NCBI GenBank assembly: GCA_021432655.1 | Contig: MU271260.1 | Location: 1 to 64,000, forward strand | From: Atractiella rhizophila | Taxonomy: Eukaryota | Reading direction: 5' to 3' | DNA: 64,000 bases | Program-made: the position numbers and the translations under genes | Shown: one piece after another, positions 23,313 to 35,999 of the stretch | How positions within the stretch are numbered: position 1 is the stretch's first letter | Layout of the letters: the number at the start of each line of letters is the position of its first letter | The notes under the pieces: generated by a model | The model's input: the letters and a program-made list of their open reading frames with translations, nothing else | Told to the model about the DNA's origin: nothing | The model's database searches: none

Positions 23313-23325
23313 GCTCTCGCTACCA
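23313..23325 (-). promoter_or_regulatory. Primer-binding site TGGTAGCGAGAGC (initiator tRNA-Met-like)
   Basis: Two nt downstream of the LTR end TTTGTCA; starts TGG, complementary to tRNA CCA. tRNA identity is inferred. Confidence 0.75.
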
Positions 23326-23327
23326 AT

Positions 23328-23573
23328 TGACAAATGTATTAGTGCTGCGAAGTGCGAGATAACAATGAGTATATGTTGCATTCAGTATGTAAGGGAACTA
23401 CATTACCTGCGAAGTGCGAGATAACAATGAGTATAAGTCTCGCACTTGCAGGTTTACAAGCTTTTATAACAGAGAGATCCCTGTGGCAAAAGGTTGGCCA
23501 CAGTTCCAGAAAGCGCTGGAAGGAAACGCACAAGTGCGCAAGTGGCGAAAGGAGGAGGCGCACGATTCTGTCA
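23328..23573 (-). repeat. 5' LTR of copia family B (246 bp)
   Basis: TGACA...TGTCA termini, TATAAAA, internal ~28-bp direct repeat; homologous to the LTR at 31541-31792. Confidence 0.85.
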
Positions 23574-24410
23574 CCTTTTGCGATAACCATCCAATTAACT
23601 TTGAGCCGGAATATTGATGGGAACAGTCGCAAGTATCGTTAAAACCACCGTAGCACAGGTCCGGCGAAAGCCCGTGAATGGTCCATGAATCATCAAGGCC
23701 AATTAATGGATCTGATGGAACTGAAGCCAAGTTTCGTTTGCGGAATCATGGAGGGAAAATAAGCACCCATGTCCCAGAACTGAGTCTCTCTAGCGTGGAG
23801 AAAACCCTTATCTCACACCCGCACCTAACAACAGACTTTGGACCCTATCAACAAGGAGCAGGGGTTGGAGATTAGATTATTTTCAGCAGGGGATGGGTGC
23901 ATACCCTAGATTAGCAGGATCTGCGTATTCTGAATAGGAGCTGAAGGTACTATCAACAGTGAGTGATCAAATCTTGATAAAGATAAAGAGTTGTGTTGGA
24001 GTGCTGCATTTGGAAACTGTAAACAAGTCTCTACACCAGGCTACATACTAAGTCACGGAAGAAGTCCATAGGCTTTCTTCTTGGGACCTCTGTTTACAGT
24101 ACGCCCTTGTGATATTGTCAGACAGTCTTTTGGACTGCTTTATTGCACAGCAAGGACGTCAATCATCCCATAATAGTGCAGTAACCAACTTTGAAGTTCT
24201 TGTTAAGTTTGGTTACAAACTGTATATCTCATTCCAAACAACCTATCAATAAACCGCAGATTAGTCTCAAGATGTCTTACGCTTCCACTTTCGTCTCTGA
24301 AAAACTCAATGATACAAACTACGCAATATGGTCCGAAGAAATCTTTGCCTTCCTCCAGACGAAACGAGCAGGTAGAATCATTCTTGGGACAGAAACTCGT
24401 CCTGTACACC

Positions 24411-27400
24411 TAGGCTTGGTACACGGGGAACCCGTGGCCCCGTGGGTTTTTCCGGGAGGTTTTGGCGCTCTGATGCCATCCCGTACCCACCCTCGAACCC
24501 TCAAGGGTTTCCCCGTCATTGCAGGGGCATTCCCGCAGGATTGCTGGGAGGGGACGGGAGCCAAAGGGTTCACGGGACACTGACGGGATGGGAGGGGCGA
24601 TATCAATATTATTATCCATGTACTCTACTAACCTCTCTGCACAGTTCAATAATCATTAATCATTCACCTATCAATCAATCAATCAATCATCATCCTTCCC
24701 TCCCCGCGCTCCGCCTCCGCCGCCGCCTTCTTCCTTGCCGCCTCTGCTCCCTTCCTCTTCTTCCTGTCATTCTGTTTCACAGCTCCAAATAACTCCTTCA
24801 TGGGAGGCATGAATCCATCCTGCTCCCAGAGCTTGAGCATCATGGCCGAACGAAAGACGGGGTCCGACAATTGATGACGCAAGTAAGAAACCGTCAGACG
24901 ACCCCCTGAAAAGGCACGCTCAACATCCACCGAAGTTGCTAGCACCTTCAATCAATGTAAAAAACAGAGATGAATGAAGCTGCATACCTAGGACTGCCAT
25001 AATATCCATAGCCATCTCGTGGAACTTCACACGGAAATGCTCCTTTGCGCGCTTCGCCTCTCGCCATTGCTGATAGTGGTACTTCAGGCCATCCAATTCT
25101 GTTGTCCCAGAATCAGCCTGCAGGGTCTTGATAGGCAACGGGACACCTTTGATAAACTCTACAAGGTAGCCGGCAGTGGAGGTATCGTCTGCATCGTCAA
25201 TCATTGCGTCGAGTTCATACAATGTCCGAGCCTTCTTTCGTAGGCATGGCACAGAGGTGGATGCCTGTGAGCAACAAATTAGGACTTAATTGTGGGAAGG
25301 AAAGTATAGAGGTTCCGGGTTGAACGCACAGAATTACCCGTTTCTGCTTTGTAATGCTGCTGCTGAAACTCCGGTAAGCTATCCATGGCTTCCATGATCC
25401 AAGCCTCTTCCCAATCCAATTTTTTCAAGTATGCAGCCCGGCGGTTGGGATGAATCACTTGAGTATCTGTCAGTTTCAATGCTGAAATGTTTGAGTAGTG
25501 AAAACCTGCAAAGAGCCCATAGATAGATCTTCGAATCTTCAACTACTTTCAGAAAATATTTGTCCAAAACTGCCTGTGCAGTTGCAGCGCCGGCTTGGAC
25601 AGCAGCGTGCTTGTCAGGGAAGTGGATTTCGCCATCAAGCTCGTAAGTTTCACAGAGGCGAGAGAGATGGACACCGATATTATTGAAGAGGGGGATGACA
25701 CTGGCTAAATTGGAGAAGTTGGCCCTCGACATCCAGTCTGTTGCCTGTTGGAACAGCTAAAGCAAAGTCTTCGCTTTTGGATAAAAAAAATAAACGGGAA
25801 AAACATACTTGCAGGGTCGGATTTGCTTGCTCCATAATTTCCCACTCCGTTCTTGTCAATCGGCATCGTTCAAGTTTTAAGCTCGGTTTACCACAAAGAT
25901 TTCGCAATGCGTCCTTCAAGTCTATTGCTCGATCAATCATCGCACCTTCGCCATTCCTACGTGTGGGACAGGCTTTGACAAGGTGCACAGGAGGAGATAG
26001 AAACTTAAGAGGTCCTTCAGGATCCTCTTTTTGGAGAGCGGCAACCTCGTCGTCAAGTTTGCCTCTAAGCCCATCGTTCAAGGCTGTCCTTTTGGCCAGA
26101 TTCGCAAGCTATTTTGTTGATTAAAGGACGGTGAAGGGTGAAAGACAATGCATGCAGCGTACCTTCGTGAGCATGAAACGTGCCTCTAATTCTTCCTTCG
26201 GAGAACAAGTTGCTTTCGGAGCAGCCTCTTCCCGAATTAGATCAATTGCAGCCGCTTGTGCTTGCACTTCTTCACTTTGGTCTATAGCAGAAGCTTTAGA
26301 TTGTTAGACCAATTGGCTAAACCATACCTTCTAGTTCTGCTTCTTCAGTGAACCCCGACTCTCTCAGTTCTGCTTCCAATTGTGATAATGCCACTTCATC
26401 CGCAGTGATGGAAGTCCCAATACCTGCTATGACTCGTTTCTTCGTAACTGGCTTCTTGAAACGACTCAAAAATCCCTGGACATTGCATCATCTAATCAGT
26501 CTCCCATCACATTTTACTGCCAGAACCGTACCTTTGCAACCAAGTTGAGTATGTGGTCAAAGCATCGCACTCATAAATCTGCTCTCCAGAGAAGCATCTT
26601 CGGATACTTGACCCTGTTTTCCATTGCCATTGTGAATGTATCGTTGTTAGACGCACTGTCGCACGTTGGAGCCATGACCTGCGCAGAATGTCAACTCTCG
26701 AAGAAAGACTCCATGAGCAGACTTGAACACGCACCGTCTCGCACACTTCATATGAATCCAATAAGCCATAGACCAAAGCAGCAATGTTATCTCCCATATG
26801 TGAATCAAGAACCCTGTTCCTACATTAAATGGGTTCTCACAATGAAGGACTTTGTACCGAATGAAACCAAGAGCAACTTTCTTTGCATCTCCCCGCTCGT
26901 GGAAGTGAAGGTAGACAAGGACATAACTGAAGCCTTGAGGAGCTGTCCAGCCGTCCAGCGTAATGAAAAAGTTCCCAGGAGCAGCCTTTGACAGTTATTA
27001 GTATTGTATACAGGATTCAAACTCAGCACGTACCGAAATTCTGGCCTTCACCTTAGCGCGCACGTACTCCTGCAAGAATTTCGCATCCTCTACTACTCTG
27101 TGACGATCAATGTTTGGAACACTCTCTGATCCACCGTTCCCAAGCTTGAGGATCTCTCGGAAATAATGATCGTGTGTGACATTGAACGGACGAGCTGAAG
27201 TGGTGCACCAGAGAGCGGCAAGGACACATCGGTACGTGTCGCGGTCCGTCTGGTCCATCGCGTTGACCCATAGCTGATTCTCGCTGACCACAAGTTTTGT
27301 TTGCTGGCTCTTTGAAGATCCTTCGTCGCCCTGTAGACAGTCTTTTTAGATCCTTATCTAAGGCTCACAAAAGACCAACCTCGACGCATTTGTCGGCGCT

Positions 27401-28697
27401 AGCTTGCAAGCCTTTGGTGCTTCCGTCATCGCGAGCACGTTCATATGTGTGGTTCGGGTTGGTCTTGCAGACAAACGTGTAGAAAATGCGAAGTTCTACC
27501 AGATCGCGTGTCCTTCAGATAGGTACCGCGACGAAGAATTGGACGTTCGTGATAATGAAGATATACGCTCGGTTTGTCGCTATTCTTTTGAACTTTGGAC
27601 CTTCCCCAGCGTTGAATATCGAAGTCTATTGTAATATCAGAAAAAGATTTGGATGGAGTCTCGGAAGAAGACCAACCAATGATCTCATCATCCTTCCAAC
27701 CGTCAAAGCTGCTGTCCATCTTGAAGTCCACCCCTCGTGGCAGTTCCCGAGCGTGCTTTCGAGGGACCTGCGAATGGAATCCCCAACATCATCATCTGAT
27801 GAATCAAGCTCGATGGTAGCAATATTTTGAGGGTCAGGGGTTCGGCAGGGGCTCTGATGACTGGTGTCGGAATTCATCAAATCTTTCCGAGTGCGCTTGG
27901 ACATGATGGAATACCAGACAAGAAATGAGTGCAAGTGATTGCCAGGAAATCAGTCCTGTTTTATAACTTTTCGCCTCTGGGTACGGCCGATAGAGGCAAT
28001 CCTCTACCAATTGCAAGGTCAACAGAGCACACGGATGCGGTATGTCATCCCCAATGGACTCGTCCGAAGCAGGCACTGACATTTTTTGTGTTCCAGCAGC
28101 CAGACAGAAGCTGCCGATAGCCATCAACAGCACATTCATTTGCTGGGAATTTGAATGTTTCATTTATTTCTTCGTGCTGCTCTCATCGCAGGGACTCAAA
28201 CCCATCTGCACAGTTCATTGAAGGAGGAGCACATTCGGTACACTCAACTTCAGAGAACTTCTTTGGAATCACTTAATTTTGCCAATATTCTCATCCGGGT
28301 TCTTTCAGAAGCAGATTGTACTCTAAGCTTTTCATAGCTCTTTCTCCTATGCCCGCGCAGAATCGAGTGGAAGGCATCCAATTCTCTCTCCCACTCACCC
28401 ATGACATAAAAAAGGAAGGAATGACGGACTGTTCGAGGACTGTTTAAAATCTCGGGCTCTGCTTTCAAGTTGGGACGGGAGTGAAGCATAGGATCAAGCG
28501 TGAAAACTTGTGCACAGTTGCTCGAGAAACCGTGCAAACCCACGGGTAGCCACGAGTTTCGAATTCGTAAATGTGTTTCCCGTCCCCTTCCCTTCCCCAG
28601 CAAGGATTTTCCCGCCGCTCCCGTGGGATCCCCTTAAGGGGAAGGGGATGGGAGGGTCACAGGTTTTGACGGAATCCAAAACCGTGTACCAAGCCTA
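24411..28697 (-). mobile_element. hAT element 2, structurally complete (4287 bp), 16-bp TIRs, 8-bp TSD TGTACACC
   Basis: TIR TAGGCTTGGTACACGG at both ends; TSD at 24403-24410 and 28698-28705; CCCGT/ACGGG subterminal repeats. Confidence 0.97.
24679..27904 (-). pseudogene. Multi-exon hAT transposase, mutated
   Basis: ITLDGWTA, TCDSASNNDT, VRCFDHILNL, CPTRRN (usually TRWN), ATSVDVERAFS. In-frame TGA at 26571-26573 and an apparent frameshift near 27490. Confidence 0.88.
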
Positions 28698-29710
28698 TGT
28701 ACACCATTCTCTTCCTGAAAAACCTACGAGTATCGATTATCAGAAGCAACTTGAAGTGGAGAAGAGACAGACAGATTGGGATGAGCGAAAAGAAGCAGCC
28801 ATGGGATATCTACATCTTTCGATTGAGAATAGTCAGCAACACCACATCACTGACCTCATGGATCCGAAGCTCGTTTGGGAAAGCTAAAAGAAATCCATGT
28901 CAAGCCTGAACGCAATGCTCAATTCAATGCTTTCAATGATCTTCTCGATATTGGCAAAATGGCAGAGATGTCAATGTAACAACTCATTACGAAAGTCAAC
29001 AAACAAATCAGTCTCATTCAAAAGCTTCATCCAACTGGTTATACCTTGGCAAAGATGGATAACGAACTTGCGATCATGACCCTCCTCCGTTCCCTTCCAT
29101 ACAATGAATATCAAGTCCTTCTCACAACTCCCCGAATCAGTTCCGAAAACCTTACAATCACAGAGGTGGAAGAAGGAGAAAAGAAGAGGCCAGAAGCGAA
29201 GTCAGAAATAGTTATGTATGTCCAACCATCCTTGAAGAAGCTGCATACGACTATATCGAATAAACCTCCTACAAGCATCAATTGCAAATTCTGTGGATAC
29301 AACATCCATACTGAAACAGAGTGTCATTTCAGAAAGAAGGCCCAAGATACCTTCACAAAGGAACCAAAGGAAAAGAAAAGGATGGTAAAGGCAAAAGTTG
29401 CTAGTGGCTCAAAGGAGGAACCATATCTGGTGACTCTGAGGAAGAAAATAAAGAAAAATTGAAGGCGGTGAAAACTGGAAAGACTGCCAGAGTATGAGCA
29501 TTGCTTGTGAATGGAGAAATGGAGAAGGCTGATGTATGATGGATAGTAGACACTGGATCCACAGCTCCTATGAGGCCTCATTGTCATTGGATTCAGAATG
29601 ATTATCAGAACCATCGCATTCCGATCAAACTTGCAGATGGAACCATCATCTACTCCAAAGGAAAAGGATCGATATATTTCCGTTGAAACAAACAACCTAC
29701 AAAGCCAATA

Positions 29711-30520
29711 CAGTCAGACTCACTAATATGCATACTAGTCAATATGCAAACCTCTTTACTTGCAAGGAAAAATCGTCCACCAACCTCGTTCCTATGTATT
29801 TTTTGCACTTTATGCAATGCATATTCAGTTCTCAATATGCAAACACTTGCTTGCAATTTTTGGCTGTGATTGCATGTTGAGAGTGTGGTACGTGACCTTC
29901 GGAACCTTCTTTTTGCACGCGAAAGTCACGGTCGTGCGACTCCTTCGAAATTTATCCTTGTCTCAACCTACCACTCATCCACTATGGTGCCAAAAACAAA
30001 AGAAGCACCTAAAAGTTCAGCCGTTAGCAAGCCTCTTTCAATCACAACCGCAGCAGCACATCCAAAGCATGTTTAGAGGCGACCTCTCTTCAGCCAACCT
30101 GTCACTCTCCACCGAAGAAAGTGTTGCCACCCCACGAATCTTGACAAACTAGTGTTTATAGACTATGCTGAGAAGAATAAGGGAATGAATTTGGAGGAAC
30201 AAGCACAACACTGGAGCAAGAGTGGTTTCGATAATCTCAGCGTAGCAACTCTGTCTTGATACTTCAAAGACAAGGATAAAATTCGGAAAGAAGCAGACAA
30301 AATCTGAAAACTTGGCCATGAAAAAACAGCATGTTGTCACCTATCCAGAGGTCGAGACAGCACTCATCCAATGGGTCAAGCAGCAGCTTCACCGTGGCGT
30401 CATCCTCACTGTTGCGGTTCTGTGTGAGAAATGGAGAAGATTTGCAACAGTTATGGTTATTCCTGAAAGCGAATGGCTCTCATTGTCAAATCGGTAGCTT
30501 GATCTGTTTAAACAACAGTG
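29711..30520 (+). mobile_element. pogo/Tc1-mariner left end with CENP-B-type HTH fragment
   Basis: Starts TA|CAGTCAGACTC exactly where copia homology stops; YPEVETALIQWV...VLCEKWRRFA...LSLSNR*LDLFK. Confidence 0.8.
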
Positions 30521-31540
30521 AGTTTTTGCTTTGTGGTTCCAGTTGATTCCAAACACTATACGACGTACATACTTGTGATATCCGATGTTTTCCGACGATA
30601 TTCCAGCCACAAGTCCCCTTTTTTGGTGCCCCTGCTCATATGCAAGCACCCTTTATATGCAAGCTTAGGTGGTCCACCGAGGGCCTGCATGTTTAGGGGT
30701 CTGACTGTACAGAAAACACACTGCTTGTCATGCTTAACCAATCCAAACTCCTGCTTCGAAAAGACATCCAGCAGTTTAGGCTGGCTGGAAGAGGATAAGA
30801 GTTCTTCTAGGGACAGATTTCAATCCATAAGGAAGATATGTGGGTACCAGCCTCAATAACCTTCCTCCGAAATGCTTGTGATGGTGAGTCAGCTGGCTGA
30901 GAGCAATTCTTAATTTTGACAAGGAGGTTCTTCCATTAGAAGATTATCGGGAAGGACACTCAGAACAGTTGTAAGAGAAGAAGCTGATCCACAAAATGAC
31001 TCACCAGTTGCATTATGCCAGTTTTCATTATTTGATGTCGTAAATGGAGCTGCTGATGCTTTGGAATAAGGCATCCCTTTGTAATGTGACCCTTTTGAAG
31101 CTCGAATGTGGCGCAGCACTTGTTCCAAAGATCAGGATTCTTCTTGAACTTGTCTTCAACTTTTGTAAGTGCTCCAAGCTTTCTTCAACTGAATAATACT
31201 CAGCAACTCCACCTTGCAAGTCTGCCTTCCAAGATTGCATCTCAAAACGCCACAACAAAATCTACTCGTGCTGGATTTGTGTGAGGAATGGTTTCAAAGA
31301 CACGCATTTCCAGATGAGCTAGATCCTGGCCAATCCAGAGTTCAGGCACATAGAGAAGGACACTGTTCCTATGTTGACAGCAGAGGTCAACACATCCCTG
31401 CCTGCAACCTTTGAAATCACCTCCAGTAGCTGTGCATGTTGAGCAAAATCTTGTAAGTGGTGGACCCATCTCCAGTGGTAAGTTTCCAACAAAAAATTCC
31501 TGGATTGTTATTATTAGACTCTGAATTTACAGATGAAAAC

Positions 31541-31792
31541 TGACGGACTCGTACGCTACCTCCTTTCACCAGCTGCGCGCTTGCACGTTTAGTTTCCCTT
31601 CAAGCACTTTCTTGAACTGTGGCCAATCTTATGCCACAGGGATCTCTCAGTTATAAAAGCTTGTAAACCTGCAAGTACAGGATTCATACTTAGTGTTATC
31701 TCGTACCTTGCAGGTAATTTAGTTTCTTTACATCCTGAATGCAATTCATACTCAGTGTTATCTTGCACTTAGTAGCTCTTATACATTTGTCA
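31541..31792 (+). mobile_element. Isolated LTR of copia family B (252 bp, diverged)
   Basis: TGAC...TTTGTCA; aligns end to end with the reverse complement of 23328-23573. Flanks AAAAC/CAATC do not match. Confidence 0.85.
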
Positions 31793-31862
31793 CAATCAAC
31801 CTTATAACTTATGTATCCCACAAGTTCCCGGTCCTCATTTACCATCGTCAACAATCCTCCAC

Positions 31863-32337
31863 TAGAGATGTCAACAAGTAGTACTCGCAAGTACAGGTAC
31901 CCTTGCTCACGAGTATAAATCAGCTTAGAGCCTGATTTGTAACTTGTTGTGACCTTTGATATAGTTACCCTTGTATCAACTTAGACTCTACTCGCCAACA
32001 TAATTTTACAGTTTAGGCACATTAGTTTATACAGATGACTTATTATACTTATGGCTTAAACAACACTATTACTTGTATCCCATAGTAAGATAGAGCCATT
32101 TTGAATGTGAAAAAGATGAAAAATTGATATAAAACTCGCTTTAACTCTTTCAAACGAGTACCTTATGGGGACCTGCCATTTCAGGACATATGCTCACAAG
32201 TACTCTTCGGTACTTAGCTGGGAACACGAACGAGTACCCCTGATGAAAATTTACCCTCTGTAGCTGATTTGTAACTTGTCATGCACGGTTACCTGTGGCA
32301 CAAGTACCTACGAGTACCATACTCAGTGACATCTCCA
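31863..32337. mobile_element. hAT-type MITE (475 bp), 8-bp TSD TCCTCCAC
   Basis: TIR TAGAGATGTCA, GAGTAC subterminal repeats, AT-rich non-coding core; TSD at 31855-31862 and 32338-32345; second copy at 61048. Confidence 0.93.
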
Positions 32338-34489
32338 TCCTCCACCAAAAATATTTGTGACTTGGACCTTTTGACGACCACCAGCCTTCTTTACTGAAGT
32401 GTAAACATTTGCCTTCTTGGCGACCTTGAGGGTTGCATCGAGGCCTAATGAAAGGCCTGATTGTTTGTCAGGATAGAGGACCAAGCTAAATCAAAATACC
32501 AGTAGAGGTCTGAAGAGGTCTTGAAATACATGTTGTTTTCTAAAATACCGGTAAGGGTCTTCAAATACATGTTGCTTTGTGGGCCACACTTACACTCTAT
32601 TCAGTGTTACTAGATTGTCTTGATGAGGTCAGATGATGGAGAGGGACTAATCACATCAGATTTTATAGTTGGCAGCTCTAGATAGAACAGCTGGGAACTG
32701 CTTCAAGATTGGCTTGAAGGGGGGTTAGGCCATCTGTGATGAATCTGTTCTGCAATGGCACACTATTGTCAAACCCGTTTAATCTGCTGGACATGCTCCG
32801 AATGTAGCCCTGCAAACACAAAGAGCATGTAAGTTTTTTTTTCTAAGCAAAGACAGTAGTTATGCAAGCTGAATCGCTTCTCCAAGTTTGCCAACATCAG
32901 TCTTTGGCTGTAATTCCATAATGAAGTTGAACAGCTCCCAAGTGACAGCCAATGACTCACAGAAGTAAGGTATTCCATCTAAGCAAGAAACTTAGTCATG
33001 AGTTTATTAAACCCCTTAAAATGAGGTGGATACCTAATTCATATAGCTGAAATTTCCTTCAACAGTCAGGAGAGGTTGTGGTCCATTTAACGTGAGTCTG
33101 GCATTGGAGAGAACAACTAATTGCTTTCAAATTGTATGATAGCCCATAAACTGAGCAATAACCAGTTGGTACCAGTCCCTGCTTTTCAACTTTCACCATG
33201 CAGCTTTTGACCAGAGATTCCTCCATATTATGTCCAGGAAAGTATTCAGGAGTAAGGGCAATGAGAGGTTCAATGAGAAAATTCCCCACACAGTTCAGAA
33301 ATGTTTCTTCACCGTAATGATCCTCATCGGCAGTGGGAGGACTGAAAAGAGGTCCATAGAGGGTAAAGCGAGTGAGAGTAGCTCCTTGGTTAATCTACAT
33401 TTCACTTGTAACACAGAGACTTTAAATAAGTACAGAATAGCATACCTCTAAGGACCCAGTTTACAATTTTCCTATATTCTAACACTTGGGCAGCAAAGAA
33501 TAGTTGTCCCTCTTCTCCCATAATACTTTTATTTTTCTTCCATTTCTCCACTGTAACATTGACCGATTGGCTTGTCCACATTGTTTCCCAGTCCACAAAC
33601 CAGTTTCCCTTCTTATTCCCAGACTTCTGTTAAGTGTGGGTCTCTAGCACCTGTTGCACAGTGCCTTCATGATGGGGGGATCGAAGATGTTGGAAAGCGC
33701 AGACATGATGATTGAATAAGTTCCATTCAGCTGGTACTCTGCTGGGAGAAGGCGTGAAGGGTTAAACAGAGTAGATGCGACGAAGAGGGGTGGGTATGAG
33801 AGTGAAGTGGCTGTTGAAGCTGGTGGACGGAGGGTGAGAAGCAAGTGGAAACAGAAATACTGGGAGATAAGTATTAGTACAATGTTCCTGCACAGAGGAA
33901 AGGAATGAGAAGTAACAAGAGAGGCATACCTTTTCGGTAAAAAATGTGTTGGGCATTTGAACCACGTTTTTAGGGTTAAGGGTCAATGTTGAACGTTGAA
34001 CGTTGACCTTAAACCATGACTTTACCACCAGGTGACCTTGCCACATGACAATTATTTGCAAGGGAGGCGACAATGTAAGAATGAGTGATACATTAAGATG
34101 TAAGGAAACTACATTATCTGTAAGTGTAAGGTCAAGATGTAAAAAATGGGTGAACACTTTCAGTTTCAGGCTTTATATGATAGAAGGATTCTTGCTGCCA
34201 TAGAAGAATTGCACAGTTTCAGAGAGCCATCTTACAAGAACTGGAGGTTAATAATATGGAATTATAAGGAAAGTTTTTGCAGCTAGAGGAGTGGCAACAG
34301 GTGTCATTTGTCTTTTCTTCTAAGAGAGTTGGATTTCTTGGCTTGAGTCATAAGACACACTTTTTTGCCCTCGTACCTCCCACACCATACACAATGGAAT
34401 AGAATGAAGTATACTATCGTAACCCATATGCTTCTGAACCTGCAAGGAAATTTTATGAAAGGGTTAAAAAATTGTGTTTTGTACTAGAC

Positions 34490-34595
34490 TCACTGGACTC
34501 ATATCTTACATGAATGATCACTGTGGGGTTTAAGGGGCCATAACCCCTGCGAGTGAGTTGGGGCCCGAGGGATGAAGGTTGCTGAAACAATGGTA
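34490..34595 (+). repeat. GC-rich hairpin module, degenerate copy of 43935-44039
   Basis: ACTGGACTC...AAGGGGCCATAACCCCTGCGAGTGAGTTGGGGCCCGAGGGATGAAGG aligns with the 43.9 kb copy. Confidence 0.7.
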
Positions 34596-35239
34596 ATCAC
34601 CAAAGTTTGATGGGAACATATGCCATAAGAACTGGAGACAAACGGGCTAGTATTGTTCCAAGTGTCATGTAATGTGAAGGGTTTGTGATGGAAAATTTGG
34701 CCATATATACTGGTAATATGTTCCCAACGCTCAGTAATAATATAAATGTCCTTACTTCACAAGGCATATAAGAGTCAAACATTTTGTTGAAGGAAGGAGG
34801 GTCCTATAAACATGCCGACACAGAAGTTTAGTTGCTGTAAGAGCTGGCTCCATTATACTACACTTGAACTTGGAGAGATAACTTGAATCAACAGTGACAT
34901 CAAGAACTCCCTCTTGATCCACAACAGGTTGATGCCCTTTGAAGGCACTATGTGTAGACCGAAGAGCTGCTTGCTGATGGCTGTTAGTGGCTGACAGTCA
35001 GTGAGCATTTTGAGGTAGATGTGAGGTGGTTGCCCAACACAGGTGTGGCTCTCATTCATTTGGAAGCGGTGCGCCAGACGCACTTCAACGCATCCTTGCT
35101 ATGCCCATGGAAGCAGGTGAACTGTTGTCTACGTGGCGCGCGAACGCACAAAGGACACCAAATCAATTTGTTTTCAATGCGCTAATATTGTGCTGCCGAA
35201 AAGAATGCCACCTCTTTTGTCTTTTTACTTGCACAAGCT

Positions 35240-35415
35240 GGGAGCCCATCGTCCCTCGGAGGGACCACATGGAGTTTCCACTGTTTTTCAATAAAAGTGG
35301 TTGACTATACTGTTAGGAACGTGCTGAGAGATAATCAGTGGTTGAGTACTCATAATGCTTCTTACAGCTTCAAGGGGTGACAAAATGTGAGGCAACAGAG
35401 AATTGAACCAACATC
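35240..35415. repeat. Dispersed repeat, paralog of 39090-39285
   Basis: Shared blocks TCGTCCCTCGG.GGGACCACAT, TGCTGAGAGATAATCA, ACAAAATGTGA, AACAGAGAAT.GAACCAACA. Confidence 0.75.
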
Positions 35416-35999
35416 ATTTTGGACTCCCCAGACCGCGACGAGGAACGAGAGATGCAGACCAAAGGAGTTCGTTTTGGCTGGGAGTCAGAAGTTGAAGAGA
35501 TGGAGGCATGCAAGGACGAGGACGTGAGCAGGGAGAATAGCAAGGAAAGGGATGAAGGTGCGATGTCAGTGGCATCTTCCTATGGCCTCGATGCTCAAGG
35601 GGACGTGATGGAGGCAAGAAATGTGACAGAGGCGCCGATTGATGGGAAGCCCGAAATGCCTACTTGCCTTGCTGGACAATTGCAGAATCCCAACACGTAG
35701 CTCCCTCTACTTTGGCAGTTCGTGACCTAGCCCGAAGCATTTCGAGTGAGTCTGTTAGGAACTGTCTGTTTCACACGACTTTGAGGAAATGGAGGGTGAG
35801 GACGTCGAAATGGAGGTGGTTGATGTGGAAGAGGAAGAGGAAGTGGAGGAGGTGGAGGTGGAGGTGTGGGAGGCCGAAGAGGAGGAGGGCGTCGTCGCAG
35901 AGGAAGAGCCTGCCGACAGCGAGGAGGATTGTGAGCATGAAGAGGATGACGACGAAGAATCGGATGCTGGTGGCTCGACTCTTTGGTCGAGGGTTACCG

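Larger units (their letters stand above)
21488..23573 (-). mobile_element. Ty1/copia family B, 5' half (5' LTR, PBS, gag, protease, partial integrase)
   Basis: KLEGQENFHTW, CYYCGIEGHLERDC, IYVDSAA, WHCRLGHIG, LELIHTDVWGP; cut by the hAT TIR at 21487; stops and frameshifts in gag. Confidence 0.93.
24272..29710 (+). mobile_element. Ty1/copia family A, copy 2 (gag-protease), split by hAT element 2 and cut by a pogo element
   Basis: MSYASTFVSEKLNDTNYAIWSEEI at 24272 resumes at 28706; 29192-29710 aligns closely with 1158-1678. Confidence 0.9.

Noticed and set aside
23994..24270. 5' LTR of copia family A copy 2
   Set aside because: TGTTGGAG is present, but no clear LTR end, PBS or similarity to 1104-1157 beyond 8 nt.
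30520..31540. Cys-cluster (KDZ-type) transposase
   Set aside because: Cys-rich ORFs are short, in inconsistent frames and lack recognisable motifs.
35780..35980. Acidic or Ser/Thr-rich protein gene
   Set aside because: Low-complexity GAG/GTG tract that is open in several frames; no supportable gene model.
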